Below are positions 1 through 17,717 of a stretch of DNA of 64,000 nucleotides, piece by piece. The notes under the pieces were generated by a model that was not told the origin of the DNA, made no database searches, and saw only the letters and a program-made list of their open reading frames with translations. Source of the stretch: Octopus vulgaris (Eukaryota); assembly GCA_951406725.2 (NCBI GenBank), contig OX597827.1, forward strand, positions 77,252,001 through 77,316,000, given 5' to 3'. Within the stretch, counting starts at the first letter, position 1. Each line of letters opens with the position of its first letter. A program made the translations under genes and the position numbers.

Positions 1-107
1 GAGATTACAATTTGTTAAGTGAACAGGTGTGACATGAATGCTTTTCCACTTGTCTTACCTGTAAAAAGGTAAAAATAAATATTCTCACATAGAGAGAGAG
101 ACTGGAG

Positions 108-146
<39 letters not shown>

Positions 147-841
147 AGGGAAGGGGTAGAAAAAGAGTGAAGTCAGAGAGAGAAGAACAGATGAAGAGAA
201 AGAGAAGGAGGGAGAGAGAGGGCGAGAGTTTGAGAAAGAGGGAAGTGAAGAGAGGGAGGGAGTGCATAGAGAAAGAGGGAGAGCAGAGAAGGAAAGAGAG
301 AGAGAAAGAGAAAGGGAGGGTGAGAGAGAGAAGGAAGGCAGAGCGAGAGTAGAGAGAAAGTGGGAAGGCAGAGAGAGAAGGAAGAGAGAAGGAGGGCAGC
401 AAGGGAGAGAAAGAGAAAGAGAGGGAATAGGTGGGGATGAGAGTGGTAAGGAGAGAAGCCTCAAAAGGAATGAGGGATGCTGAAGAAGCCCCATTGAAAT
501 GGCCCTGTCAACAATGACACTGGTTGACAAAAGTGCTCCAGCCATGACCAATCCATCTGGTTTTTTTTTTCAAACCATACTATCCAATATGTCTATCTCT
601 TACAAAAGCCATACACTGTTGAATGAGTGGAATTTGACTGCTGTTTCTGGCTCATCAAATGACCACAGTCTGTTGCTGGGTTCGTTCGGTTCGCAAAATC
701 CCTAAAACCTTGTGACCCCTAAAAATTGCAATGTGATGGTCGCAGCCCCTCTGTCCTCTACGAGTAGCTTTAACTTCACCGTTAAAAATCCCTTCTGTCC
801 CGGCACCCCCCTCTTCCAACTTACTCCCTCTCTCTTTCCCC

Positions 842-872
<31 letters not shown>

Positions 873-1710
873 CTTGTCCTCATCAGACATCTGTCATACT
901 CTTAAACTGTTAATCCTGTTTATCTTTTAATCCTGCTCTTCTGTTAATCCTGTTAGTCTGATAATCCCGATATTCCGAAGCACATGTTCCGATTATTGCC
1001 GTGGCTGTCATATTGTCTGAAAGCAACCACAATGCTATCACTCACCCTGCCCACCATCCTCGTCTACCCACCCACCCACCCACCAACCCACACATCCACC
1101 CTTTCATCTGCCCCCACCCCATTATTTCACTAACAGTACACATATACCCTGCTACAACAATTATTACTCACCCTCGAGTACCTGCCAGCGATAAACCATA
1201 AACCAATGGATGAGCTGAGCAGCCCCATGAATGGTCAACCAGACAGCTAGAAATAGCAGTCAAATCACAAGGGCCAGCGGAACTTTTTTAACCAATTCCC
1301 CCAAAATATATTTATTTACACTGAGTCCCCATTATCCCCAAGAATTTCATTTTTACCCCGGTTCACTGACCCCTGCCTTACAGCATGGGTTTTTAAACCA
1401 GGGGCAGGGCTGGATTAAAACTCATAGAGGCCCCAAACACTTAAAATATTTTGGTGCCACCGTATTTATGTAATTCAAACTATAAACAATAATAAACCAT
1501 AAAATAAATGTTTTTTTTTTTCAAAATGAAACAAAACGAACAATAAGATGGAAAATAAAGTTTATTTTTGTATCCTTCCAACATCATTTATATTTGCAAA
1601 GTTTTCTCCTACCCCTTTTAATGGCAAAGACTTTGACCAGATCCTCACTATGACACCATTATATTTCCAATCATATAAACCACTTTGAATATTTTAGCAT
1701 GTTGAACCCT

Positions 1711-2636
1711 TTCATTAATGACATAGATGCCAATTTAAAGAATGCCACAGTATTGAAATATGCAGACGACATCAAGCTGTACCTTGAAATCAAGAGGACT
1801 GATCCTGATGTCTACAACTCTTTCCTGCAATCAGACCTAGACACAATGCAGCAATGGATCACAGACTGGCAACTGAAACTGGCTGTGGACAAGTGTATCA
1901 CCATGCATTTTGGGAGAAAAAACCCTGCGTCCACATACTCCCTCCACAACACTGATATCAAGAAATCCTCTTGCAAGCATGACCTAGGCATCACTGTCAG
2001 CAGTGATTTGCATTGGACAAAGCATATCTCTAAAATTGTCAAGAAGGCCGAGGGTGTCTTGGCATCACTCAGCAAGACTTTTGTTAGCCGCTCTCCAGCC
2101 ATCTATTTAAAACTGTATACAGCTATGGTACGACCGCACTTGGAATTCGCATCATCAGTTTGGAATCCCTATCTTGCTCAGAACATTGACCTCCTGGAAT
2201 CTGTCCAGAGACGTGCAACCAAACGCATACCCTCCATCAGACACCTACCATATTCTGAGTGCCTTGTTTCCCTGGGCATGGATTCACTGAAGCTCCGGCG
2301 TCTGGCGACGGACTTGGTAAACACCCACAAGGTTATCAACCACCTCACCAACAACAACACTGAACACCTTTTTGATCTCCATGTGTCTAACACACGTGGA
2401 CATGCCTACAAAGTCAGAAAACAGCACAGCTCCCATGACTTTCGGAAACATTTTTTCACGCTCAGGGTTGCTGAAGCGTGGAATAAACTGCCTGCATCAG
2501 TTGTTGACTGCCATGACACTGCATCCTTTAAGGCCCTCATGCTTCCCGAAATCCGTCGAAACTACACCTGATTATATATACACTTTAGATGAGTTATAGT
2601 GCACCTGAGCACTGTACACAATTATTATTATTATTA
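1711..2636 (+). mobile_element. 5'-truncated CR1-like LINE: RT C-terminal half, 3' UTR and (ATT)n tail
   Basis: ORF 1699-2571 has YADD, LYTAMVRPHLEFASSVWNPY, LESVQRRATK and TRGH...FFTLRVAEAWNKLP, followed by a short UTR and an attattatt tail. Confidence 0.92.
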
Positions 2637-3106
2637 CTGTATTTCTGTCGAGATGCTCTGTGTTTCTTTCAATTACTTTAAATATATAAAAAAAAAAATT
2701 AGTAAAATAACTTAGCTATCATTCAACTAGTGTTAGGAACATAAACTGTGACTAAGGTTTGGTGGAAGATTTTAATTCAAAACTTATGAAAACAAGACAT
2801 TTGTACTCAGAGCCAGAGCTGGTTTCAGCCAGGTTGGTATCAAAAGGGTTAAGAATTGTTTCTCTATTATATATTTTAACCCTTTCATTACTATATTTCT
2901 GTTGAGATGCTCTGTGTTTCTTTCAGTTAATTTTAAATATAAGAAAGAATTTAGTAGAATAACTTAGCTATCATTCAGCTAGTGTTATGAACATAAATTG
3001 TGACTAAGGTTTGATGGAAAGATTTTAATTCAAAACTTATGAAAACAAGACATTTGTACTACAGAGCCAGAACCGGTTTCAGCCAGGTTGGGAACGAAAG
3101 GGTTAA
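2637..3106. mobile_element. Dimer of ~230-bp piggyBac-like (TTAA) MITEs
   Basis: Units ~2637-2852 and 2876-3106 have TTAACCCTTT...AAAGGGTTAA termini; the first unit's left end is displaced to ~1705-1717. Confidence 0.8.
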
Positions 3107-4686
3107 AGTGATTTCTTTTGCACTGTAAACCATTTACCATTTCTGTGGTGTCCTGCCCCCTTCCCTTGATGCCCTCAGCCTGTTCTTATTTTGCTTAATT
3201 GTTAATCCAGTATTGAACCAGAGTATCTCTGCCCCAAAGTGTACACAAGACAAAGTGAAGGGGTACATGAGATTTGTATAAAGAAAACACCTGAATTTCA
3301 AAATAATTACACACAACCAACTAAATTCAGGGTGTCCACCAAACTGGGTGCCTACAAAGTGTATGGAAAGCCCTTTTGTTGTTCCCAAACATTTATCGTT
3401 ATGAACAAGGGTTTTTCACCAAAGTTTGTAACCAAAACTAAATTTTGTGCATGATTGCTTCCGCCTCCACCTGTATTCACCGTTCACTGCATTCATCTCT
3501 TTCCTCATCTTTATCCATCTGCCACCCTGATCTTACCTCCCACTCACCCTGACTGACTTTCTGTATCACTTTCTTTATATTCATTCGCTTGAGTGTATGT
3601 CATCATCGTCGTTATCATCACCGTCGCCGTCGTTGTCATCGTCGTCATCGTCGTCATCATTTGATGTCCATTTTCCATGCTGGAATGAGATGGACGGTTT
3701 GGCAGGAGCTGGCAAAACTGGGGTCGTACCAGGTTCCATGGTCTGTTTTGGATTGGTTTCTGCAACTGGATGCCCTTCCTGACACCAATCCCTTCACTGA
3801 ATGTTCCGGGTATGTTTTAAGTGGCACCATCACCAGCGGATTTTATGTGACGCCAGCACTGACACCAATGCTTGTGACGTGGCACCTCAGCACCACGTCC
3901 CAAGGCATCTTCACACCACCATCTTCTCTCTCTCTCTCTTTCTCTCTTTCTTTCTTTCTTTCTATCTGTGAAGTAGAGTTATTTGTGTTGGGAAGGCCAT
4001 CCTGCCATAGAAACCATACAAAAGCAGATATTGGATTTTGGTTGCAATCATCCTGATCACTGACTCCTGTCAAACCATCCAACCAATGCCAGCATGGCAA
4101 ATGGATATTTGATGCTACTGCTGCTGATGATGATGATGACGATAACAATGATGATGAGGAAGAGGAGAAGAGTGATGATGGTGGTGGTGGTGGTGGTGGT
4201 GGTGGTGATGATGATGATGATGATGAAGGTGGTGGTGGTGGTCGTCGTTGAGGTGGTTGTGGTGATGGTGATGATGATGATGGTGGTGGTGATGATGGTG
4301 ATGATGGTGATGATAACTGTCGATTGAGAATGGCATATGGCTGTGTCTCTGAAAACCTGCCAATAATTAAGTTCCTTCTTAGAGAGAGCCAATCTAATCC
4401 ATCTCATTAAAAATGCATCGTTTAATTAAATGAAATTAAAGCAGCAAGCTGGCAGAATCGTTAGCAGGTTGGGCGAAGTGCTTAGTGGTATGTCATTCAT
4501 TACTACGTTCTGGTTTCAAATGCCACCAAGGTTGACTTTGTCTTTCAGCCTTTTTGGGGGTCAATAAAATAGGGACTATTTGAGTTCTGGGGTTCAAGGG
4601 AATGCCCAAAATTCCTGGCCAGTTTCTTACATAGGAAAAACACCAAAAACTTTAGAGGATGGGAGCAGTCAATTATATCAAGCTAA

Positions 4687-5357
4687 GTGGTGGTGGTGGT
4701 GGTGGTGACAGCGGCGGCGGTGGTACCGGTGGTGGTGACGGTGGTGGTAACAGTGGTGGTGGTGGTGGTGACCGTGGCGGTGGTGGTGGTGGTGACGGTG
4801 GTGGTAGTGACGGTGGTGGTAGTGACGGCGGTGGTGGTGGCAGTGACGGTGGTGATGGCGGTGGTGGTGGTGACGGTGGTGGTGGTGGTGGTGGTGACCG
4901 AGGTGGTGGTGGTGGTGACAATGGTGGTGGCTGTAGTTGTTGTAGTGATGTTGTGGTGATGGTCATGGCGGTGGTTTTGGTGACAACAGTGGCAACTGAG
5001 ATGGTGATAATGATGATGACCACGATGATGACGATGCTGATGATGATGACATTAATTCAGAGTTGTAGCATATTGCTTTTGGTTGAGGGCTTTTTTCACT
5101 CTGCTGTCTTTCCTATCGGCGACCCCACCACCACCACCACCACCACCACCACCACCACCACCACCACCACCACCACCACCACCACCACCACCACCACCAC
5201 AACCACCACCACCACCACCACCAACACCATCACCACCACCACCACCACCACCACCACCACCCACCACCACCACCACCACCACCACCACCACCACCACCAC
5301 CACCACCACCAACACCACCATCACAACCACCACCGCCACCACCACCACCACCACCAG
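4687..5357. repeat. (GGT)n tract followed by a (CCA)n tract
   Basis: 4687-4930 GGT-rich and 5125-5357 CCA-rich; mutually complementary. Confidence 0.9.
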
Positions 5358-6164
5358 CATAATTCAAAGAATTAATGACAATCACTCGACATGGCCACTG
5401 AATCTGCTAGAAATAACAGCCCCGGGTCAACCTCGACCCAGAAGATCTACGATCAAACGCATTCTAGCCATAACTAATTCATCTTTTTTCAGGACATAAG
5501 TATCTAGGACTACGTTATCCAATGTTATTGTTATTGTTGATGTTGGTGTTTAGCCTTAAGTCAGTTTTGATAGAGAAGACCTATGATCAAATGTGTTCCA
5601 GCTGTGACCATCCTGCCTATAATCCAAACAGCAAGACTACATTTTTCAATATTGTTGTTTTTGTTATTCTTGCTATTGTTGTTGTTGTTTAACCCCAGGT
5701 CAGTCATGACACAGTAGACCTGTAATCAAATGCATTCCAGATGTGACCATCCTGTCATTTATTCAGACATAGTGCACCTAGGACTATATTATTCAGTGTT
5801 AGTATTGTTATTGCTGTTGTGAAGCCCCAAGTCAACTCTCATCGTTCAGTTCTATCATCAAAGGCATTCCATCCGTGACCATCATCCCTTTTACAAATAA
5901 CTTAGGGCCATACTATCAAACATGTCATTTTTAAGACATGGACTGTGATTTGAGAGAGAATAGATGTCTGTATAACCACCACCATGCCATCTACTACCAC
6001 ATACTACTTTACCACCACCACCACCACCACCACTACCACCACCACTAGCATCACCACCACCACCACTACCACAACAACAACAACAGCAGAACAACACTAC
6101 CACTTACACACACACACCTCTACCACCACTACCACCACTACTGCCACCGCCACCACCACAACAT

Positions 6165-6315
6165 CAGGACTGGATGACACCTTCAGACCATACCACAAAC
6201 CAAGTGAGAAGTTAATATATATACATAGACAATCGAATCACCCACCTTGTATATTGAGGAGCTTGATTGACAATATTAGTAAATGGGTATCTTCATAATC
6301 TTCTGATGAAGGTGC
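6165..6315 (+). mobile_element. Penelope-like element (Neptune-type) RT C-terminal coding remnant
   Basis: Translates FRPYHKPSEKLIYIHRQSNHPPCILRSLIDNISKWVSS*SSDE, matching the PLE pattern PYxKP...YIxxxSNHPP...ISKRxSxLSSxE. Confidence 0.75.
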
Positions 6316-6969
6316 TTTTATGTTCTCCATGCTGCCATGGGTTGGACAGTTCAACAGGAGTTGACCAACTGAAAGCTGCCCCAGGCCCCACTTGTCTCTT
6401 TTGGCATGATCTCTACAGCAGGATGCCCTTCCTGACACCAACCACTTTTACAAAGTGTACTGGGAGCTTTTTATGCAGCACCAGTACGAGAAATTTTTTG
6501 ACATGGCACCTGCATGGGTGCCGTCCACATGGCACCAGCACAGTTGCTTCTTACGTGATACCAGCATAGGGGAGATTTATGTGGTGCAGAACAGATGCTT
6601 TTTACATGGCACCAGCACCAGTGGGGTTGCCAAGCAGCTTGCAAGACAAAGGTCTCTTAGCTGAGAGAGGGAGAGGAGTCAAGAGAAGTGGACATGTGCC
6701 AGGTGAGAGATTGGAGTATGATAGAGAGACAGAGATAGCTGTCTTACTACAGAGCAGGTACTTGGCTACCCCAGTAAGACAAGGAAGAAGAGTGAGGTTG
6801 GAGAGAGAGAGGGAGGGGGAGAAAGCCTATGCACAAGGAACAGTGGGGCAGGGAGAGTATAAGCAGTACAGAGGAGATAGAGGAAGCATTTCATAAGAGT
6901 GAGGGATATTTAGAAACAGTGAGTGATAGTGAGAGGAACTGAAGAGGCCTACAGTGGGAGGTGATATAT

Positions 6970-7002
<33 letters not shown>

Positions 7003-7069
7003 TAGATATAGATATACATTTATATATTTGTTGTGCAAGATTTTTTATGTGAAGTCGTGTGTTGAAACA

Positions 7070-7553
7070 GATATTGTTGTATTTCAGAATGGTCATTTTG
7101 CCAGTTTAGCCAATAAAAACACACGCACTATGTATTTTTGGTGTTACTATGCTTCAGTGTTATTTATTTTTTACATTAATCTTAATCTTATTTCGGCCAG
7201 AGTTCTTTCGTCACACTCCTGTGACCTCATCAGTGGTCCTTTGCTTTCTTCTTTCTTATTTGTGTCTCTCCTTACTAACCGTCAGCCATTTTGTATTTCT
7301 ATTGCATGTGTCTTCATTTGCGCATGCTTATATCTCTATGTGCGTCTATGTTTAGTTAGTGTGCTTATGTTTAGTAAGGAGAGACACAAATAAGAAAGAA
7401 GAAAACAAAGAAAGCAGGAAGAAAGACCTGGTGAACTAAGATTAAGATTAATGTAAAAGATAAATAACACTGAAGCAAAATAACACCAAATATATAGTGC
7501 GTGTGTTTTTATTGGCTAAACTGGTAAAATGACCATTCCGAAATACAACAATA
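7070..7553. repeat. Fold-back element (PLE-like inverted arms)
   Basis: ~120-bp inverted arms 7070-7192 and 7435-7553 plus inner arms ~7240-7279 and ~7371-7412, in TA/TAGA microsatellite. Confidence 0.8.
7195..7239 (-). ncRNA. Minimal hammerhead ribozyme motif
   Basis: Minus strand reads cca CTGATGA g gtcac-aggagt-gtgac GAAA gaac TC tgg. Confidence 0.68.
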
Positions 7554-7903
7554 TAGATATAGATATAGATATAAAAAAACGCTTTTTTCCAAGGAATCTA
7601 ATGCTCTTAGCTTAGTTTTTCCTTGGGGCTGGCCAGATTGGAGCAATCTGAAGATTAATCAGCCGAAATTGCGAGGATGATCCGGTTCTTGACTGAGGAT
7701 AAAAGCCTTCAAATGACTCGTCCTTGTTTTTTTGTATCATCTATCTAGATGTTTTGTCTCTTTTTGTATCACCTAGTTGTCCGGATGTTTTGCTTTCTTG
7801 TCCCAATTTGTATTTTATATATATATACATGTGATCTCTTGAGCACCACCAGCTCAAATATTTTCTCCTCTGTCTTCCCTCCTTGGGATCTTTCCTTCTC
7901 CTT

Positions 7904-7938
7904 GTTTCCGACGAAGAGCTCTGCTCGAAACGTTAAAC
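7904..7938 (+). ncRNA. Variant minimal hammerhead (CCGACGA core); decayed copy at 20117-20151
   Basis: gttt CCGACGA a gagc-tct-gctc GAAA cgtt aaac, within a repeat shared by ~7830-8045 and ~20045-20250. Confidence 0.55.
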
Positions 7939-8060
7939 CCTCCTTCCCTACTTTCCTGAGCGTCAATAATACTTTAATTGTTCTACGTCCTGCGTTGCTG
8001 TGTTTTTTTCTCTTTTTTTCTGTGTTTTCTTGTTTGGATTAACTATATATACATATATAT

Positions 8061-8120
<60 letters not shown>

Positions 8121-8369
8121 TAGATATATATGCACTCAAACACATATAATTGCATATATACAGACATACACACACATCAAGCTATATGTTAATTAATTTC
8201 ATATGGTCATGTGATTATCTCATTATACATACATATAAATACATATACATACATACACACACATGCACAGATATATATTGTAAGGAGAGAAAATTGCCTC
8301 CATATGCACAACACAGTACAAGCCTCGAGTAAGACCTACATAAGAGAAGTGGTGGTCATATATGAAATA

Positions 8370-8690
8370 GCTTCGCTGACATCCACAGAAGGACCATGTG
8401 ACTAATAAGAGGCTGCCAAGGATTTATTCTCCAAAATCCAATCAACAACAGCTCATCCATACATCTGTGTCCTCTCTGTTCCTCTTTTACTGTTACTACA
8501 ACAGCTCCTGCTCCTGTGAACCAGCAGTCTGTATACCACTACCTCTGCTTCCACCCACACATATACACCTGTCTCACAGATTCGCTGTGTCCTCTCCATC
8601 TCAACCTACTACAATGGCCTTTGCTCCATGGAACCAGCAAACCACACATCACCTTCTTTTTCAACATCAAATCTATTGTCTTATTTCTCT
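8370..8690 (+). mobile_element. Highly decayed CR1-Zenon-like LINE remnant (similar debris at ~22880-23120 and ~31000-31900, minus)
   Basis: SVSSLFLFYCYYNSSCSCE resembles the Zenon pattern VASLSLFYRYYxGxCSxE. Confidence 0.45.
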
Positions 8691-8929
8691 TCCTCTCAGC
8701 CTCTCTACAATGTCTTAGATTTCTCTCCTGCTAGATTCTCAAGAATTCACTGACCCAATCCTTCCTCCCCAGTTCTCTCTTCCACCCTCTGGAAACTACT
8801 CTCTGCTGTTTCTTTAAAGGCTGTCTGTCCACCATTCAAAATTTCAAACTGAAAACCAACGAGAGAGAACTGTCATTAGTTTGGGATGACCTACAAAGGT
8901 CATCACCACGGCTACCCCACCTTCTTACA

Positions 8930-13270
<4,341 letters not shown>

Positions 13271-14220
13271 GTCTCCAAAGTAAAACTATTTCATCTTAAC
13301 GTTTCCTTCTGCTCCATCATCGTCATCACCGTCAGCAGCAGCAACAACACCACCACCATCACCACCACATCACCACCACCCATCATCATCATCATCGTCA
13401 TCATAGTTGTTTAATGTCTGTTTTTCCATAGAGTCATGGATTGGATGGCACAACAGCCGCCGACAACCCAGAGGACGGCACCAAGCGCCAACATCTGCTC
13501 TGGCATGGTTTCTTTAGCTAAAAGCCCTTCATAGTGCCAACCACTTAAGAGAGAGAGAACTGGCTGCTTTCTTTCATTTATGGATATGTGTGTGTGTGTG
13601 TGTGTGTGCATATTGTATGTATAGAATTTGAGATGCAAGCATGGCTGTGTGGACACGAGGTCCCACTTTGTCTTGTGGGGTGGTAGGTGTCTTCTAAAGC
13701 AGTCCTGGGCCAACGAATGACTAACGAATGGATTTGGAAACCCACCATATATACATGTATGCATGTGTGTGGGCCTCTGCATGTGCATGATATTTCGTAT
13801 CATCGCATGACATCATCTGAGCAAAACAAGGACGTCGTGTTTAACGCATCCTGTAACTCTACACGTTCAAAGACAAGTCATATGCGAAACAGGTGGGGGG
13901 TTGGTAACAAGTGGGGCATCTAGCCATAAGAAAACGGCCTTGAATAAATACTCAGCTAAAACATGCCAGCACAGAAAAACAGAAGTAAAAACAATATTTA
14001 AATAGAACTGACATTGCTACCTAACACACATATTTCACTCTTGTTTCGGTTATGACATTTGCAAAGGTGTCTTTTACCCGAAATATAGAAACTAATCCAG
14101 CATTTCTGTGGTAATCTTTCCATATGTTTGGTATTGCTATTACCACAATAGAAGATTTGATCTGAGAATTGTTACAGAACACAGTATGTATGTATATATA
14201 CACACACACACATATATACA

Positions 14221-14260
<40 letters not shown>

Positions 14261-14280
14261 AGTATATGTATATATATATA

Positions 14281-14969
14281 TTTTTCTCTTTATTTCCTCT
14301 CCCTGTCTATTTCTGTGTTCCTTTCTGTGGAAGAGCATAGGCTCGAAACATAAAAGACTTTATCACTTCCCAAGCGTTAAACTAATACATCTGTTTGTTG
14401 TTTACACACCTGTCTTAGTCTTTTGTCTTTTTTTGTAACTTTTGTTTTTTGTAACTATATATATATATATTTAACAATTAAGGAATGGCCTTAATAGGTT
14501 TCTTTACTGATGAAGTGTAACCTATGGTAGATTGACTTAATTTAATTTAATTAAGCTGGTTTACCATTAAAAACACTGAAACGATGCATCGTCTAAAGAT
14601 GAATTAGGGTAAACGTTTTTAAATTTTCACCTAATTTCTGAATTACTACTACTTAGCGGTTTGAGTCCTGGCTGCTCTTTCTAGTGGACGAATGGCCTAT
14701 TAAGGCCATTCCTTAATTGTTAAATTTATATATTTAGTTTTTGACTATTTTCTCTTTCCCACTAGACTGCTGGTAGTGATAAATTTCTATTGAATTTTTT
14801 GCTACCCTAAATTGATTAAATATATATATATATATATATATATATAGGGAGAGAATTCACAAAAAAAACAAAAGATGAAGACAGGTGGTGTAGACAACAA
14901 ACAGATGTATTAGTTTAACGCTTGGGAAGTGAGAAAGTCTTTTACGTTTCGAGCCTATGCTCTTCAACA
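14281..14969. repeat. Nested fold-back elements in (TA)n
   Basis: Outer arms ~14325-14445 and ~14855-14969 carry a hammerhead-like gagc-atag-gctcGAAA. Inner arms 14469-14498 and 14696-14725 are perfect 30-bp inverted repeats. Confidence 0.8.
14501..14599 (+). ncRNA. Type I hammerhead ribozyme motif with intact core
   Basis: Stem I tcttta/taaaga; CTGATGA 14507-14513; stem II agtgt/acact with a long insert; GAAA 14578-14581; palindromic stem III ACGATGCATCGT; GTC cleavage triplet 14591-14593. Confidence 0.85.
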
Positions 14970-15215
14970 TCCTTCCAGGCAACCTTAGAGGTCTACATGG
15001 TGTTGATGTGGAAGCTTTCAAGGAACATCTGGACAGGTTTCTATCTGAGACACCAGATGAACCCACATCACGGCAGGAGACACAAAGAAGGGCAGCTCCG
15101 TCCAACCCAACTCGCTGCTTCACCAAAGACAATACCGGAAACAACACCGAGTAACAACAGGTGGTGCACCAGCATGACCTCAGCCCTGGACTGAAACCAG
15201 TAAAAAAAAAAGATA
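14960..15215 (+). mobile_element. LINE (CR1/L2-group-like) extreme 3' end; second copy ~29835-30060
   Basis: LFNILPGNLRGLHGVDVEAFKEHLDRFLSETPDEPT; copy 2 reads KLDLFLSRVPDEPTSRQEVQMR. Both end ggtggtgc-cagcatg...ctgaaac plus an A-rich tail. Confidence 0.75.
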
Positions 15216-15261
15216 AAAGATATGATGGTGATAATAATAATAAGTACTACTGCTACTACTA

Positions 15262-15329
<68 letters not shown>

Positions 15330-15379
15330 ACTACTACTACTACCACTACTACCACTAAAAACAACAACAATAATAAAGG

Positions 15380-15417
<38 letters not shown>

Positions 15418-15707
15418 TTGACTCCATTGAATTGTAAAAATTTCTGGAATAGTAACAACAGAATTCAATAAAAACAAGAATGTTGTTTACAATATTTCAA
15501 AATATAGTTAAATAATTATTCCTTTAGATTCAGTCAATCTAAAGAATCCTTGACATGTCCAATAAACCCGTGATGTCCACACCACACACTGATTGGTCAA
15601 AATACAGTTCATAAGACTCAGCCTTCTGGAGCCCATCACAGGATATTTAATGGATAAAATGAATCATTTCACTGCAGTTGCCAATTGTGAAACATAATTG
15701 TCATCGC

Positions 15708-15749
15708 ATAAACCTGACGATTGCATAAAGCATGAAAGTACTAGTTTAT
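15708..15749 (+). ncRNA. Minimal hammerhead ribozyme motif
   Basis: Stem I ataaac/gtttat; CTGACGA; stem II tgc-ataaa-gca; GAAA; palindromic AGTACT stem III; CTA triplet. Confidence 0.72.
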
Positions 15750-15913
15750 TTCAATATTGTCAAATTGTAAAAATTGCAAATAACAAAACCTGAAAATCAG
15801 ACATTGTTGGAATTTCATTGATTAATATATTCTTCTTGGTTAATATACTAAAATATTATTAATTATTAATTATTATTTATTATTATTTCTTCTTCTTCTT
15901 CTTCTTCTTCTTC

Positions 15914-15963
<50 letters not shown>

Positions 15964-16643
15964 TATCATTTATTATTATTATTATTATTATTATCATTTA
16001 TTATTATTATTATTTATTATTATTTATTATTATTTATTATTATTTATTATTAATTATTCATCATTATTAATTATTAATTATTAATATATTAATTATTAAT
16101 TGTTAATTGATTAATATATTCTTGTGTATATCATACAAACTCGGATATCATCATCATCATCATTGTTTAATGTCTGCTTTCCATGCTAGCATGGGTTGGA
16201 AGATTTGACTGAGGACTGGCAAATCAGAAGGCTGCACCAGGCTCCAATCTGATCTGGCAGAGTTTCTACAGCTGGATGCCCTTCCTAATGCCAACCATTC
16301 CGAGAGTGTAGTGGGTGCCTTTTACATGCCACTGGCATGAGGGTCAGTCAGGCGGTACTGGCAACGGCCATGCTCAGATGGTGTTTTTTTATATGCCACC
16401 TGCACAGGAGCCAGTCTAGCGGCACTGGCAACGACCTCACTCAAATGTTTTTTCACGTGCCACCAGCACAAGTGCCAGTAAGGCGACGCTGGTAACAATC
16501 ATGCTCGAATGGTGCTTTTTACGTGCCACTTGCATGGAAGCCAGTTTGTTGCTCTGGCAACGATCATGCTTGGATGGTGCTCTTACTAACACAAATGCCA
16601 TTTCATTGAATTTGATTTCGATTTATATATATATACATATACA

Positions 16644-17216
16644 CAGACATGCAAGAAGTAAATAGACACCTTTAATTTTCAAAATCTTTTATTTGATATT
16701 AATTGGTTGAAGGAGAGGTTTTCTTCTAGCTGTTCGTCCATAATACCCAAGCTTATGCAGATATGTAACACATGTTCTTGGACTAACATCTAGCTGTTTT
16801 GCAATGTTAAAATCCTTTGAATGGGGTTCATTTTCCACAATTCTCTTCAAACAGCAAAACTTCCTTTCCGAGGGCCCAGGTCAGCTGGGACGAGAATCTG
16901 TTGATTCTTTTCCTTGGCTTTTTAATTGCACTATAATTCTATTAACAGTAGCAAGAGGAATTTGAAGATTTTCAGCAATTGTTTGGTTGCTAAGACCAGC
17001 CTCAGACTGTCCAACAAGACGACCTCTTTGAAAACCTGACAGTTCTGCTGAATTTTTTGAGTGTGACATGGTTATCTTCGCATATGTTTAATATAATGGC
17101 ACCTGGAATGCAAAAGAATAATTACATCATAAATACTACACCGCTGAAAACATATTAAGATGCTTAGATCAGAGATTTTGAAAATTAAAGGTGTCTAATT
17201 ACTTCCTGCATGTCTG
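16644..17216 (-). mobile_element. Internally deleted Tc1-like DNA transposon
   Basis: 44-bp TIRs (cagacatgcaRgaagtaaWtagacacctttaattttcaaaatct, 2 mismatches). Encodes only the N-terminal DNA-binding region, ELSGFQRGRLVG...IAENLQIPLATVNRII...SRPS*PGPSER...LGYYGRTARRKPLL; no DDE domain. Confidence 0.88.
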
Positions 17217-17422
17217 AATGTATATATAATAATAATATATATATATAATATATAATAATAACAATATTTGATATTATTATTATTATAATAATAATATATT
17301 AACTTATATTATTAATAATAATATAAGTTACGGGGGCATAAACATGCCAGCATCGGTTGTCACGCAATGTTGGCGGGGGGACACACACAAACTTATACAC
17401 GCATATACATATATACATATAT

Positions 17423-17465
<43 letters not shown>

Positions 17466-17498
17466 CAAACACACACACGCATATACATACATACATAC

Positions 17499-17550
<52 letters not shown>

Positions 17551-17563
17551 CAAACACACACAC

Positions 17564-17717
<154 letters not shown>

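Noticed and set aside
15-58. Possible minus-strand terminal exon (GKTSGKAFMSHLFT*) after tttttacAG
   Set aside because: Too short, at the window edge, and without recognisable homology.
4659-5499. Gly/Thr/His/Pro-rich ORFs in several frames
   Set aside because: GGT/CCA triplet tracts lack stops in all frames; no domain or splice evidence.
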